Shown here in pieces: positions 44,440-55,283 of a DNA stretch of 64,000 nucleotides. Source of the DNA: TPA_inf: Saccharomyces. Lineage: Eukaryota. Each line of letters opens with the position of its first letter. Position 1 is the first letter of the stretch. The translations under genes and the position numbers were made by a program. The stretch lies in NCBI GenBank assembly GCA_000146045.2, contig BK006945.2, forward strand, positions 608,001 through 672,000, in the 5' to 3' direction. The notes under the pieces are model-generated. The model did no database searches, was not told the origin of the DNA, and saw only the letters and a list, made by a program, of their open reading frames with translations.

Positions 44440-47400
44440 ATCTACGGTAAATCACACTAATCATTCTGATGATGAACTCCCTGGACACCTCCTTCTCGAT
44501 TCAGGAGCATCACGAACCCTTATAAGATCTGCTCACCACATACACTCAGCATCATCTAATCCTGACATAAACGTAGTTGATGCTCAAAAAAGAAATATAC
44601 CAATTAACGCTATTGGTGACCTACAATTTCACTTCCAGGACAACACCAAAACATCAATAAAGGTATTGCACACTCCTAACATAGCCTATGACTTACTCAG
44701 TTTGAATGAATTGGCTGCAGTAGATATCACAGCATGCTTTACCAAAAACGTCTTAGAACGGTCTGACGGCACTGTACTTGCACCTATCGTAAAATATGGA
44801 GACTTTTACTGGGTATCTAAAAAGTACTTGCTTCCATCAAATATCTCCGTACCCACCATCAATAATGTCCATACAAGTGAAAGTACACGCAAATATCCTT
44901 ATCCTTTCATTCATCGAATGCTTGCGCATGCCAATGCACAGACAATTCGATACTCACTTAAAAATAACACCATCACGTATTTTAACGAATCAGATGTCGA
45001 CTGGTCTAGTGCTATTGACTATCAATGTCCTGATTGTTTAATCGGCAAAAGCACCAAACACAGACATATCAAAGGTTCACGACTAAAATACCAAAATTCA
45101 TACGAACCCTTTCAATACCTACATACTGACATATTTGGTCCAGTTCACAACCTACCAAATAGTGCACCATCCTATTTCATCTCATTTACTGATGAGACAA
45201 CAAAATTCCGTTGGGTTTATCCATTACACGACCGTCGCGAGGACTCTATCCTCGATGTTTTTACTACGATACTAGCTTTTATTAAAAACCAGTTTCAGGC
45301 CAGTGTCTTAGTTATACAAATGGACCGTGGTTCTGAGTATACTAACAGAACTCTCCATAAATTCCTTGAAAAAAAAATGGTATAACTCCATGCTATACAA
45401 CCACAGCGGATTCCCGAGCACATGGAGTCGCTGAACGGCTAAACCGTACCTTATTAGATGACTGCCGTACTCAACTGCAATGTAGTGGTTTACCGAACCA
45501 TTTATGGTTCTCTGCAATCGAATTTTCTACTATTGTGAGAAATTCACTAGCTTCACCTAAAAGCAAAAAATCTGCAAGACAACATGCTGGCTTGGCAGGA
45601 CTTGATATCAGTACTTTGTTACCTTTCGGTCAACCTGTTATCGTCAATGATCACAACCCTAACTCCAAAATACATCCTCGTGGCATCCCAGGCTACGCTC
45701 TACATCCGTCTCGAAACTCTTATGGATATATCATCTATCTTCCGTCCTTAAAGAAGACAGTAGATACAACTAACTATGTTATTCTTCAGGGCAAGGAATC
45801 CAGATTAGATCAATTCAATTACGACGCACTCACTTTCGATGAAGACTTAAACCGTTTAACTGCTTCATATCATTCGTTCATTGCGTCAAATGAGATCCAA
45901 GAATCCAATGATCTTAACATAGAATCTGACCATGACTTCCAATCCGACATTGAACTACATCCTGAGCAACCGAGAAATGTCCTTTCAAAAGCTGTGAGTC
46001 CAACCGATTCCACACCTCCGTCAACTCATACTGAAGATTCGAAACGTGTTTCTAAAACCAATATTCGCGCACCCAGAGAAGTTGACCCCAACATATCTGA
46101 ATCTAATATTCTTCCATCAAAGAAGAGATCTAGCACCCCCCAAATTTCCAATATCGAGAGTACCGGTTCGGGTGGTATGCATAAATTAAATGTTCCTTTA
46201 CTTGCTCCCATGTCCCAATCTAACACACATGAGTCGTCGCACGCCAGTAAATCTAAAGATTTCAGACACTCAGACTCGTACAGTGAAAATGAGACTAATC
46301 ATACAAACGTACCAATATCCAGTACGGGTGGTACCAACAACAAAACTGTTCCGCAGATAAGTGACCAAGAGACTGAGAAAAGGATTATACACCGTTCACC
46401 TTCAATCGATGCTTCTCCACCGGAAAATAATTCATCGCACAATATTGTTCCTATCAAAACGCCAACTACTGTTTCTGAACAGAATACCGAGGAATCTATC
46501 ATCGCTGATCTCCCACTCCCTGATCTACCTCCAGAATCTCCTACCGAATTCCCTGACCCATTTAAAGAACTCCCACCGATAAATTCTCGTCAAACTAATT
46601 CCAGTTTGGGTGGTATTGGTGACTCTAATGCCTATACTACTATCAACAGTAAGAAAAGATCATTAGAAGATAATGAAACTGAAATTAAGGTATCACGAGA
46701 CACATGGAATACTAAGAATATGCGTAGTTTAGAACCTCCGAGATCGAAGAAACGAATTCACCTGATTGCAGCTGTAAAAGCAGTAAAATCAATCAAACCA
46801 ATACGGACAACCTTACGATACGATGAGGCAATCACCTATAATAAAGATATTAAAGAAAAAGAAAAATATATCGAGGCATACCACAAAGAAGTCAATCAAC
46901 TGTTGAAGATGAAAACTTGGGACACTGACGAATATTATGACAGAAAAGAAATAGACCCTAAAAGAGTAATAAACTCAATGTTTATCTTCAACAAGAAACG
47001 TGACGGTACTCATAAAGCTAGATTTGTTGCAAGAGGTGATATTCAGCATCCTGACACTTACGACTCAGGCATGCAATCCAATACCGTACATCACTATGCA
47101 TTAATGACATCCCTGTCACTTGCATTAGACAATAACTACTATATTACACAATTAGACATATCTTCGGCATATTTGTATGCAGACATCAAAGAAGAATTAT
47201 ACATAAGACCTCCACCACATTTAGGAATGAATGATAAGTTGATACGTTTGAAGAAATCACTTTATGGATTGAAACAAAGTGGAGCGAACTGGTACGAAAC
47301 TATCAAATCATACCTGATACAACAATGTGGTATGGAAGAAGTTCGTGGATGGTCATGCGTATTTAAAAACAGTCAAGTGACAATTTGTTTATTCGTAGAT

Positions 47401-48387
47401 GATATGGTATTGTTTAGCAAAAATCTAAATTCAAACAAAAGAATTATAGAGAAGCTTAAGATGCAATACGACACCAAGATTATAAATCTAGGCGAAAGTG
47501 ATGAGGAAATTCAATATGACATACTTGGCTTAGAAATCAAATATCAAAGAGGTAAATACATGAAATTAGGTATGGAAAACTCATTAACTGAGAAAATACC
47601 CAAATTAAACGTACCTTTGAATCCAAAAGGAAGAAAACTTAGCGCTCCAGGTCAACCAGGTCTTTATATAGACCAGGATGAACTAGAAATAGATGAAGAT
47701 GAATACAAAGAGAAGGTACATGAAATGCAAAAGTTGATTGGTCTAGCTTCATATGTTGGATATAAATTTAGATTTGACTTACTATACTACATCAACACAC
47801 TTGCTCAACATATACTATTCCCCTCTAGGCAAGTTTTAGACATGACATATGAGTTAATACAATTCATGTGGGACACTAGAGATAAACAATTAATATGGCA
47901 CAAAAACAAACCTACCAAGCCAGATAATAAACTAGTCGCAATAAGCGATGCTTCATATGGTAACCAACCATATTACAAGTCACAAATTGGTAACATTTTC
48001 CTACTCAACGGAAAAGTGATTGGAGGAAAGTCGACAAAGGCTTCGTTAACATGCACTTCAACTACAGAAGCAGAAATACACGCAGTCAGTGAAGCTATAC
48101 CGCTATTGAATAACCTCAGTCACCTTGTGCAAGAACTTAACAAGAAACCAATTATTAAAGGCTTACTTACTGATAGTAGATCAACGATCAGTATAATTAA
48201 GTCTACAAATGAAGAGAAATTTAGAAACAGATTTTTTGGCACAAAGGCAATGAGACTTAGAGATGAAGTATCAGGTAATAATTTATACGTATACTACATC
48301 GAGACCAAGAAGAACATTGCTGATGTGATGACAAAACCTCTTCCGATAAAAACATTTAAACTATTAACAAACAAATGGATTCATTAG
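44423..48387 (+). pseudogene. TYB: Ty1 TYB (Pol: PR-IN-RT-RNaseH) reading frame, disrupted by a frameshift at the A9 run 45369-45377 inside the integrase catalytic core
   Basis: The +1 frame after CTTAGGC encodes protease and integrase (HHCC, D..D) up to ...[10 protein letters not shown] with a stop at 45383-45385; the remaining IN/RT/RNaseH ([20 protein letters not shown]...KWIH) continues in a different frame (track ORF 45535-48387). Confidence 0.8.
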
Positions 48388-48409
48388 ATCTATTACATTA
48401 TGGGTGGTA

Positions 48410-48743
48410 TGTTGGAATAAAAATCAACTATCATCTACTAACTAGTATTTACGTTACTAGTATATTATCATATACGGTGTTAGAAGATGACGCAAATGAT
48501 GAGAAATAGTCATCTAAATTAGTGGAAGCTGAAACGCAAGGATTGATAATGTAATAGGATCAATGAATATTAACATATAAAACGATGATAATAATATTTA
48601 TAGAATTGTGTAGAATTGCAGATTCCCTTTTATGGATTCCTAAATCCTCGAGGAGAACTTCTAGTATATTCTGTATACCTAATATTATAGCCTTTATCAA
48701 CAATGGAATCCCAACAATTATCTAATTACCCACAAATTTCTCA
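48410..48743 (+). repeat. Ty1 3' LTR (delta), 334 bp
   Basis: Identical to the 5' LTR over the first ~309 bp; 4 mismatches in the last 25 bp. Confidence 0.95.
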
Positions 48744-48748
48744 GATGG

Positions 48749-48791
48749 ACTAGTAGATTTTTATAGAGCAGATTTTCCAATATGGGAGTGA
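48749..48791 (+). other. HAP1: Displaced original 3' end of the HAP1 coding sequence (13 codons + TGA) separated from the gene by the Ty1 insertion
   Basis: Immediately after the 3' TSD, in the HAP1 frame: (D G) L V D F Y R A D F P I W E stop; joining it to 42823 recreates ...VDNVEIDGLVDFYRADFPIWE*. Confidence 0.8.
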
Positions 48792-48933
48792 TGCGGTTTG
48801 TTTATGTATAAATAGAAAGGGACATATTTTTATTATTATTATTTTAGTTATTTAGCATGTATGTTATTTTATCGGTGAATTGTAATGATCGAATAATAAT
48901 TGGAGGTTGAAGAAGTTGCAAAAAATATTTACT

Positions 48934-49006
48934 TGGACGAGTCCGGAATCGAACCGGAGACCTCTCCCATGCTAAGGGAGCGCGCTACCGACTACGCCAC
49001 ACGCCC
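48934..49006 (-). tRNA. tRNA-Ala(AGC)
   Basis: Reverse complement GGGCGTGTGGCGTAGTCGGTAGCGCGCTCCCTTAGCATGGGAGAGGTCTCCGGTTCGATTCCGGACTCGTCCA: G3:U70 acceptor pair, anticodon AGC, T-loop GGTTCGATTCC; downstream T-run (plus-strand AAAAAA 48920-48925). Confidence 0.92.
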
Positions 49007-49022
49007 AATTTTCTTGTTGTCT

Positions 49023-49445
49023 GTTGTGTTTCAGAATGGGGTACGTCAGTATGATAATAATCATCCTAAACGTTCTTAAATTACATATGAAACAACCTTA
49101 TAGCAAAACGAACAGAATGAGCAACATGAGATGAAACTCCGCCTCCTTAACTGAACTTTCCAAACGTATAAACGCCTGAAAAATTAGTTTAGATCCGAGA
49201 TTCCGCGCTTCCACCATCAAGTATGATCCATATTTTATATAATATATAAGATAAGTAACATTCCGTAAGCTGATAATCCCTTTTGGCAACTCGTTACTTC
49301 CCAAAGACTGTTTATATTAGGATTGTCAAGGGACCCCGGTATTGCTCGAGCCCGTAATACAACAGTTGTCTTTCACTGCTCTCTATGTTTTGAGACCTCC
49401 AGTTCACCACATATATTCGATCTTTTTCTTACTGTTGAAGCAAGA
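49023..49445 (+). repeat. Sigma-like element (Ty3 LTR) starting ~16 bp upstream of the tRNA-Ala 5' end; 3' boundary uncertain (TGTTGT...ATACAACA inverted termini suggest 49023-49364, with additional sigma-like sequence to ~49445)
   Basis: TGTTGTGTTTCAGAATGGGGTACGTCAGTATGA...CATATGAAACAACCTTATAGCAAAACGAACA...TTAGATCCGAGATTCCGCGCTTCCACC resembles the sigma consensus as I recall it; canonical Ty3-type position relative to a Pol III start site. Confidence 0.55.
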
Positions 49446-49448
49446 ATC

Positions 49449-49775
49449 TGTTGGAATGAAGGCCTAGTATTGTCTATTGACTAATATTCATCTTACTAGT
49501 ATATTATCATATACAGTGTAAGAAGATGGCATAAAGATTGAGAACCAGTCATCAGACTAATGAAAGCTGAAATGCAAGGACTGATAATGTAATGGGATAA
49601 TGAAATATATAAAACGGAAGGAGAAATAACCGTGATATTATTATGTAGATTTACCGACTCCACTTGGAGGATTTCTCTATTCTCGAGGGAAACTTGGTAT
49701 ATTCGTACACCTAATATTATAGCTCTTGATAACAATGAAATTTCAACAATTATTCACTCAACCCTCAAGTGTATA
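49449..49775 (+). repeat. Solo delta (Ty1/Ty2 LTR), diverged, same orientation as the Ty1
   Basis: TGTTGGAATGAAGG...ACTAGTATATTATCATATAC.GTGT.AGAAGATG...GAAAGCTGAAATGCAAGGA.TGATAATGTAAT.GGAT.AATGAA...CTCGAGG..AACTT..TATATTC.TA.ACCTAATATTATAGC..TT.A.AACAATG is colinear with the Ty1 LTR at 42824; ~440 bp upstream of tRNA-Ala; 3' end approximate. Confidence 0.65.
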
Positions 49776-50825
49776 TCGCCAAGATCCTAATCACCCCTCT
49801 CTGGTGGCCTTCCCTCATTGTTTTTACACAGAACAAGAATCCATAAAATCAAGATATTGGGAACAATTCATTGTCTTAGGAACAAGTTTTTATAATTTAG
49901 TTTCATTAGCCTATTGTAACTTCTTGTTTTTTTTTTTTATTTTGGCTGGCAAAACAAGAAGTATAAAGAAGTTACCACTGCTATAACGTATATCTTAAAT
50001 CAAGTGGGCAATTCTTCGAATAAACTTAGAGGCGCTGAAGAAAGAACCGCTCAATTAGTTCGATCATACAAAATACAGATATTGCGCTGTGTATTATCAT
50101 TACGGAAAGTGTGATATAAACAATGCTGTGTTGTATTCGGTCTTTTTTTTCCGCCTGGAGATTGTCGTTTTTGTTTTTTTTTCTCGTGTAGCTGCAGTTA
50201 TCATCGTTTTGCATGTCTGTTCTGTCGGTGAAGCCGATCTCATGGCACTTCGCTTTGATACCGTAAAGAATCTTCTTCATTAATACGGCACTGCAAGGCG
50301 ATATCTATCTCTGGGGTTAGGACTGATAAATAGGTACTTATCAGTTATCACTAGAGACGAACTGTTTACGTTTTGAAGCTCGACAGCAGGGGTTCTTAAC
50401 GGGCGTCGGCCTAGACCTCACCTTGCGAGAAATTTTTAGTTCATATCCAGGGGATGGTGAATGGTTGGATCTGACGAAGCCACGGTAAGGGCAAGGCTTT
50501 GCGCATGCACTGGCCACTATGCATACCATATATAAATAGATAATCAAGCGTATAGAAAACGACATGCTAAGTTATTTTACTCAGTGTTAGGTCTCTTAGT
50601 ATTTGCGTCTGAAAAGATCTTAGCTCTGTCTTTGACTCTATCACTTATTTTTAAGAGGTTCTCTATTCGTCAGTGATAGAAATAGCATTTTGACCCGCAC
50701 GACATTGGTTAATAAGAGTACTTTTCCACGTGTTTCGATTGCCTTTATTTTTAGCATACTTGAAAATAATATTATCGTGAGATTTAGGTAAAATATACCA
50801 CATATCAAGAGAAAGAGAAGTAAGA

Positions 50826-51791
50826 ATGGTTGACGCTAGGGGTAGTACGCCATGTTTAATTGGTGATTCTATAAGAAACGTTAATGATGGAAATAGTCTG
50901 GATTTCCAGTATACTAATCAGTTTAATGAGGAAAGTGAGGCTTCGAGGTTACTAACGCCACAAACGAGTTCCAATCACGCCCTAAGCAAGATGCAGAAGG
51001 ATGATGATATTCGAGATAGATCTTATACATCTGTAGCGGAATTGAATCGTGAGGGTGCTTTGCTGACCGACGAAGTTGATTTGGAGAATGTTGATGCTTC
51101 GAAAGTTCGCAGCAATAGAGACGACCTAGAGGCAGAGGAGAAAAGGAAAAAACTACTCTTGTTGAAAAAAAAGCAAAGAAATAAATCCATCAACTCGGAA
51201 AGTTTTTCCTCTCCTTCTCTGCGTGCTTCCAAATCTAATTCACTGATTACATCAACTGATCCTGTCGAAGATCACATCAGTAAGTACTCTTCATCAGGCA
51301 CCCCTGAAAATATTACAGGTGAGGCAGACGACGAAGACGAAGACATAATCAGAAACTCTTACGGGCAAATGATCAAAAACAATTCCAACAGGCCACATTT
51401 GGCGAAGGGTGAATCGTACCAGTCCGCAGAACAGGAAATAGATCATACGGCGCCTGAAAAATCAGAGAAAAGACAAGAAAGAAGCGGTAGATCCTTTGAT
51501 AGACAAAAATCTTCGGCTGAGTTTCTAAGATCCTTATCGAGGTCAATAAGTCGTGGACCCACAAAGAACAAAACGGTTTCGCCCTCTAAGGGAGAAGACT
51601 CTAGAATGTATAGTACCAGCAACTACTCTATATCATTAGTTGATTTGGAGAACGGACCCAAAATTATCCCGGAAACTTTAGAAGAAGAGCAGGAGGACGC
51701 CGAAAAGGAGGGTGTTTTGATGGAAGACGAGGGTAATGAAGAATACACCAAAGATTTGGAAGAAGCAGCTAACAAAGCTCAACCACAGTAG
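50826..51791 (+). CDS. YLR257W: Ser/Glu/Asp-rich hydrophilic protein of unknown function
   Basis: 321-aa ORF, low-complexity acidic/Ser-rich; length and position match YLR257W. Confidence 0.8.
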   Translation: MVDARGSTPCLIGDSIRNVNDGNSLDFQYTNQFNEESEASRLLTPQTSSNHALSKMQKDDDIRDRSYTSVAELNREGALLTDEVDLENVDASKVRSNRDDLEAEEKRKKLLLLKKKQRNKSINSESFSSPSLRASKSNSLITSTDPVEDHISKYSSSGTPENITGEADDEDEDIIRNSYGQMIKNNSNRPHLAKGESYQSAEQEIDHTAPEKSEKRQERSGRSFDRQKSSAEFLRSLSRSISRGPTKNKTVSPSKGEDSRMYSTSNYSISLVDLENGPKIIPETLEEEQEDAEKEGVLMEDEGNEEYTKDLEEAANKAQPQ

Positions 51792-52338
51792 AATGGAATA
51801 TTGAAACTGGAGTGACTTCTGATGAAGTTTCCAATTATTTATATGTATACATTATTTATTTGTCTATCATTAAAATTTCTGTCAAGTAATGGCTTTTTAT
51901 GTTTATTTCATGGATTACGAAATTTGCTGGCTTTTTAGAGTGACCGATGAGTTGCATGTACATATGTGCGAAATAAAACAATACGGTAGTAAAACATGAA
52001 TACTTCGAGAAGTAAATTCAAGATTGCAGGCGTAGCACAAGAATGTCCTTCCGCCTGCTAGTGTGTTGAGCAAAGCACGCCATCACTAATGGAACCCTTA
52101 CAAAATCTCGCATGGAGCAGCAAACCTTAAATCCATTTTCTATCATTCGTTCCTGAGGACCCGGATATCGTTTTAGAGACAAAAATAGATACTACAAGAG
52201 GAATAGGGATATCTGCACATGGGGCCTCGAGCATGGCTCATTTTCGATTTTCCGGCACGATGCTGACTTAGTACTATCATGCCAGGCAGGACAGGCCTTA
52301 TGGGGTTCTTGCAGCTTACCAATTCTGACACTGGACTG

Positions 52339-52371
52339 CCCCTGGATTAGCGACCCCGCGACCCCGCGACC
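52339..52371. promoter_or_regulatory. GSY2 promoter: STRE-like CCCCT (52339-52343) and tandem CGACCCCG x2.5 (52351-52371; GCGGGG on the other strand = Mig1-type GC boxes)
   Basis: Motifs read directly ~350-375 bp upstream of the GSY2 ATG; GSY2 is stress-induced and glucose-repressed; factor assignment is inferred. Confidence 0.4.
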
Positions 52372-52715
52372 AGACTCCCTGAAAATGGTAATTGGTGATG
52401 ATATATGTGACTGAGTTCAGCCTGGGCATACAATGTTTAACCCTTTTGGACATGGAATTAGGCCAGCAAAGGGAGCAGCTTTCCCCGAAAGCGTAGTTTT
52501 TCTCCAGGAACGCAATTCACCCCTTTCTTTCTTATGCAAGCTCCTCGTACATATATAAAAATATATGAGTATATATAGTGCTTCTACAGCATAATCAATT
52601 TAAGGTTCCTTGCCTTTCCTTAAATATGTTAGCTATCTCTAAAGCATCACTGAGAAGTGGTAGTTTTTTTGATAACTGTGATTGAAGTTTTGACTACCTC
52701 AGAGAAAAATTTTGA

Positions 52716-54833
52716 ATGTCCCGTGACCTACAAAACCATTTGTTATTCGAGACTGCGACTGAGGTTGCTAATAGGGTTGGTGGTATTTACTCCGTGCTAA
52801 AATCGAAGGCTCCCATTACGGTTGCCCAGTATAAAGACCATTACCACTTGATAGGGCCCTTAAATAAAGCCACTTATCAAAATGAAGTTGATATACTAGA
52901 TTGGAAGAAGCCTGAAGCCTTTTCCGATGAAATGAGGCCAGTGCAGCATGCCCTGCAAACAATGGAATCTAGAGGAGTTCATTTTGTTTATGGGAGGTGG
53001 CTGATTGAAGGTGCTCCAAAAGTAATACTTTTTGACTTGGATTCTGTGAGAGGTTATTCGAATGAATGGAAGGGTGATTTATGGTCATTAGTAGGAATTC
53101 CCTCTCCTGAGAATGATTTCGAGACGAATGATGCTATCCTATTGGGGTATACAGTCGCTTGGTTTCTAGGCGAAGTGGCTCATCTCGATTCACAACACGC
53201 AATTGTTGCGCACTTTCACGAATGGTTGGCCGGTGTTGCGTTACCATTATGCCGTAAAAGGCGTATCGATGTAGTTACCATTTTCACCACTCATGCTACT
53301 TTATTGGGACGGTATTTATGCGCCTCCGGCAGTTTCGATTTTTACAATTGTTTAGAATCTGTTGATGTTGATCACGAAGCTGGCAGATTTGGCATATACC
53401 ATCGTTATTGTATAGAGAGAGCGGCGGCTCATTCTGCAGACGTGTTCACTACGGTGTCACAAATAACTGCTTTTGAAGCGGAACATCTTTTGAAAAGAAA
53501 ACCAGATGGGATTTTGCCTAATGGACTGAACGTCATCAAATTTCAAGCATTTCATGAGTTCCAAAATTTGCATGCTTTGAAAAAAGAAAAAATCAATGAC
53601 TTTGTAAGAGGCCATTTTCATGGTTGCTTCGATTTCGATCTAGACAACACCTTGTACTTTTTTATTGCTGGTAGATATGAGTATAAAAATAAGGGTGCTG
53701 ACATGTTTATTGAGGCTCTAGCGCGTTTGAACTACAGATTAAAAGTATCCGGATCCAAAAAAACTGTGGTAGCGTTTATTGTCATGCCCGCCAAAAATAA
53801 TTCCTTCACTGTTGAAGCATTGAAGGGCCAGGCTGAGGTGAGGGCGTTAGAAAATACTGTACATGAAGTGACTACTTCAATTGGTAAAAGAATATTCGAT
53901 CATGCTATCAGGTACCCCCACAATGGACTGACGACGGAATTACCAACCGATTTGGGTGAATTACTAAAGAGTTCGGATAAAGTTATGTTAAAGAGACGTA
54001 TTTTGGCTTTGAGAAGGCCGGAGGGACAGTTACCCCCAATAGTTACACACAATATGGTCGATGACGCTAATGACCTGATTTTAAATAAAATCAGACAAGT
54101 TCAATTGTTCAATAGCCCAAGTGATCGTGTTAAAATGATCTTCCATCCAGAATTTTTGAACGCTAATAATCCGATCCTTGGTTTAGATTATGATGAGTTC
54201 GTTCGTGGTTGCCATTTGGGTGTTTTCCCTTCATACTACGAGCCTTGGGGTTACACACCTGCAGAATGTACAGTAATGGGTGTTCCCTCCATCACGACAA
54301 ATGTCTCTGGTTTCGGTGCCTATATGGAAGACTTGATCGAAACCAACCAAGCGAAAGATTACGGTATTTATATTGTGGATCGTCGTTTCAAGGCACCTGA
54401 TGAATCTGTGGAACAATTAGTTGACTACATGGAAGAATTTGTAAAAAAGACAAGAAGGCAAAGAATTAATCAAAGAAATAGAACTGAAAGACTCTCCGAC
54501 TTACTGGACTGGAAGAGAATGGGTCTCGAATACGTCAAGGCAAGGCAGTTAGCATTAAGAAGAGGCTATCCTGATCAGTTCAGAGAGCTCGTTGGTGAAG
54601 AACTAAATGATTCCAACATGGATGCTTTAGCAGGCGGAAAGAAATTGAAAGTTGCAAGACCGCTTAGTGTACCTGGCTCACCAAGAGATTTGAGATCAAA
54701 CAGCACAGTCTACATGACCCCTGGTGATTTGGGTACTCTGCAGGAGGTTAATAACGCGGACGATTATTTTTCATTGGGAGTGAATCCTGCAGCTGACGAT
54801 GACGACGATGGCCCATATGCTGATGACAGTTAA
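52716..54833 (+). CDS. GSY2: Glycogen synthase (GT3 family), major isoform
   Basis: 705 aa; N-terminus [33 protein letters not shown]; C-terminal phospho-regulatory tail; matches YLR258W. Confidence 0.95.
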   Translation: MSRDLQNHLLFETATEVANRVGGIYSVLKSKAPITVAQYKDHYHLIGPLNKATYQNEVDILDWKKPEAFSDEMRPVQHALQTMESRGVHFVYGRWLIEGAPKVILFDLDSVRGYSNEWKGDLWSLVGIPSPENDFETNDAILLGYTVAWFLGEVAHLDSQHAIVAHFHEWLAGVALPLCRKRRIDVVTIFTTHATLLGRYLCASGSFDFYNCLESVDVDHEAGRFGIYHRYCIERAAAHSADVFTTVSQITAFEAEHLLKRKPDGILPNGLNVIKFQAFHEFQNLHALKKEKINDFVRGHFHGCFDFDLDNTLYFFIAGRYEYKNKGADMFIEALARLNYRLKVSGSKKTVVAFIVMPAKNNSFTVEALKGQAEVRALENTVHEVTTSIGKRIFDHAIRYPHNGLTTELPTDLGELLKSSDKVMLKRRILALRRPEGQLPPIVTHNMVDDANDLILNKIRQVQLFNSPSDRVKMIFHPEFLNANNPILGLDYDEFVRGCHLGVFPSYYEPWGYTPAECTVMGVPSITTNVSGFGAYMEDLIETNQAKDYGIYIVDRRFKAPDESVEQLVDYMEEFVKKTRRQRINQRNRTERLSDLLDWKRMGLEYVKARQLALRRGYPDQFRELVGEELNDSNMDALAGGKKLKVARPLSVPGSPRDLRSNSTVYMTPGDLGTLQEVNNADDYFSLGVNPAADDDDDGPYADDS

Positions 54834-55283
54834 ATCCTATGAGGATATAAACAGTATTAAAAAAATCTTACCATAAAGACATACGACATTTCGAGGCGTT
54901 TTTGCTTTTCTTTTAACTTTCGTTGGCACAAACTGAAATATATGTGGAATGCCCTCTGAAAATATACTAGGAGTTTTGAGCGATCCAAACATTTTCTTTT
55001 CTTTTTTTCTCTTCCTTCTAGCGAAGTCCTCTTGCGTTAGCTGTAAACAAAATAAGTCAATTTCATTAATGAAAAGTGACATTATGGCGGTAGCTCTCTC
55101 TATCTTTGTTCAGTTATCAACATATAGTCATACTTAAAGATATAATAGCTCATAGTCATATATAGTTCTTTATACTTGAAAAAGTGATTCCTAAAAATCT
55201 CAACTTTTTTCACATTGTATTTACAAGATAATAAAATTATTACCATATTTAAACGAAAGATAAATTTTGAATTAAGGCGGTCG

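Larger units (their letters stand above)
42824..48743 (+). mobile_element. Full-length Ty1 (copia-type) LTR retrotransposon, 5920 bp, same orientation as HAP1, flanked by 5-bp target-site duplication GATGG (42819-42823 and 48744-48748)
   Basis: 334-bp direct LTRs beginning TGTTGGAATA and ending TTTCTCA; PBS TGGTAGCGCC at 43158-43167 (tRNAiMet); PPT TGGGTGGTA at 48401-48409; TYA and TYB coding content; identical 5-bp flanks. Confidence 0.95.

Noticed and set aside
49726-49986. 86-aa ORF starting MITMKFQQLF inside the solo delta
   Set aside because: It is the remnant TYA initiation region of the LTR (the homolog of ATG GAA TCC CAA CAA TTA) reading out into flanking DNA. It is not a gene.
51893-51903. 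TTTTATGTTTA, an 11/11 match to the ARS consensus WTTTAYRTTTW, between YLR257W and GSY2
   Set aside because: Single ACS matches occur frequently by chance in AT-rich yeast intergenic DNA. I cannot assess B-elements or replication data, so I am not calling an origin.
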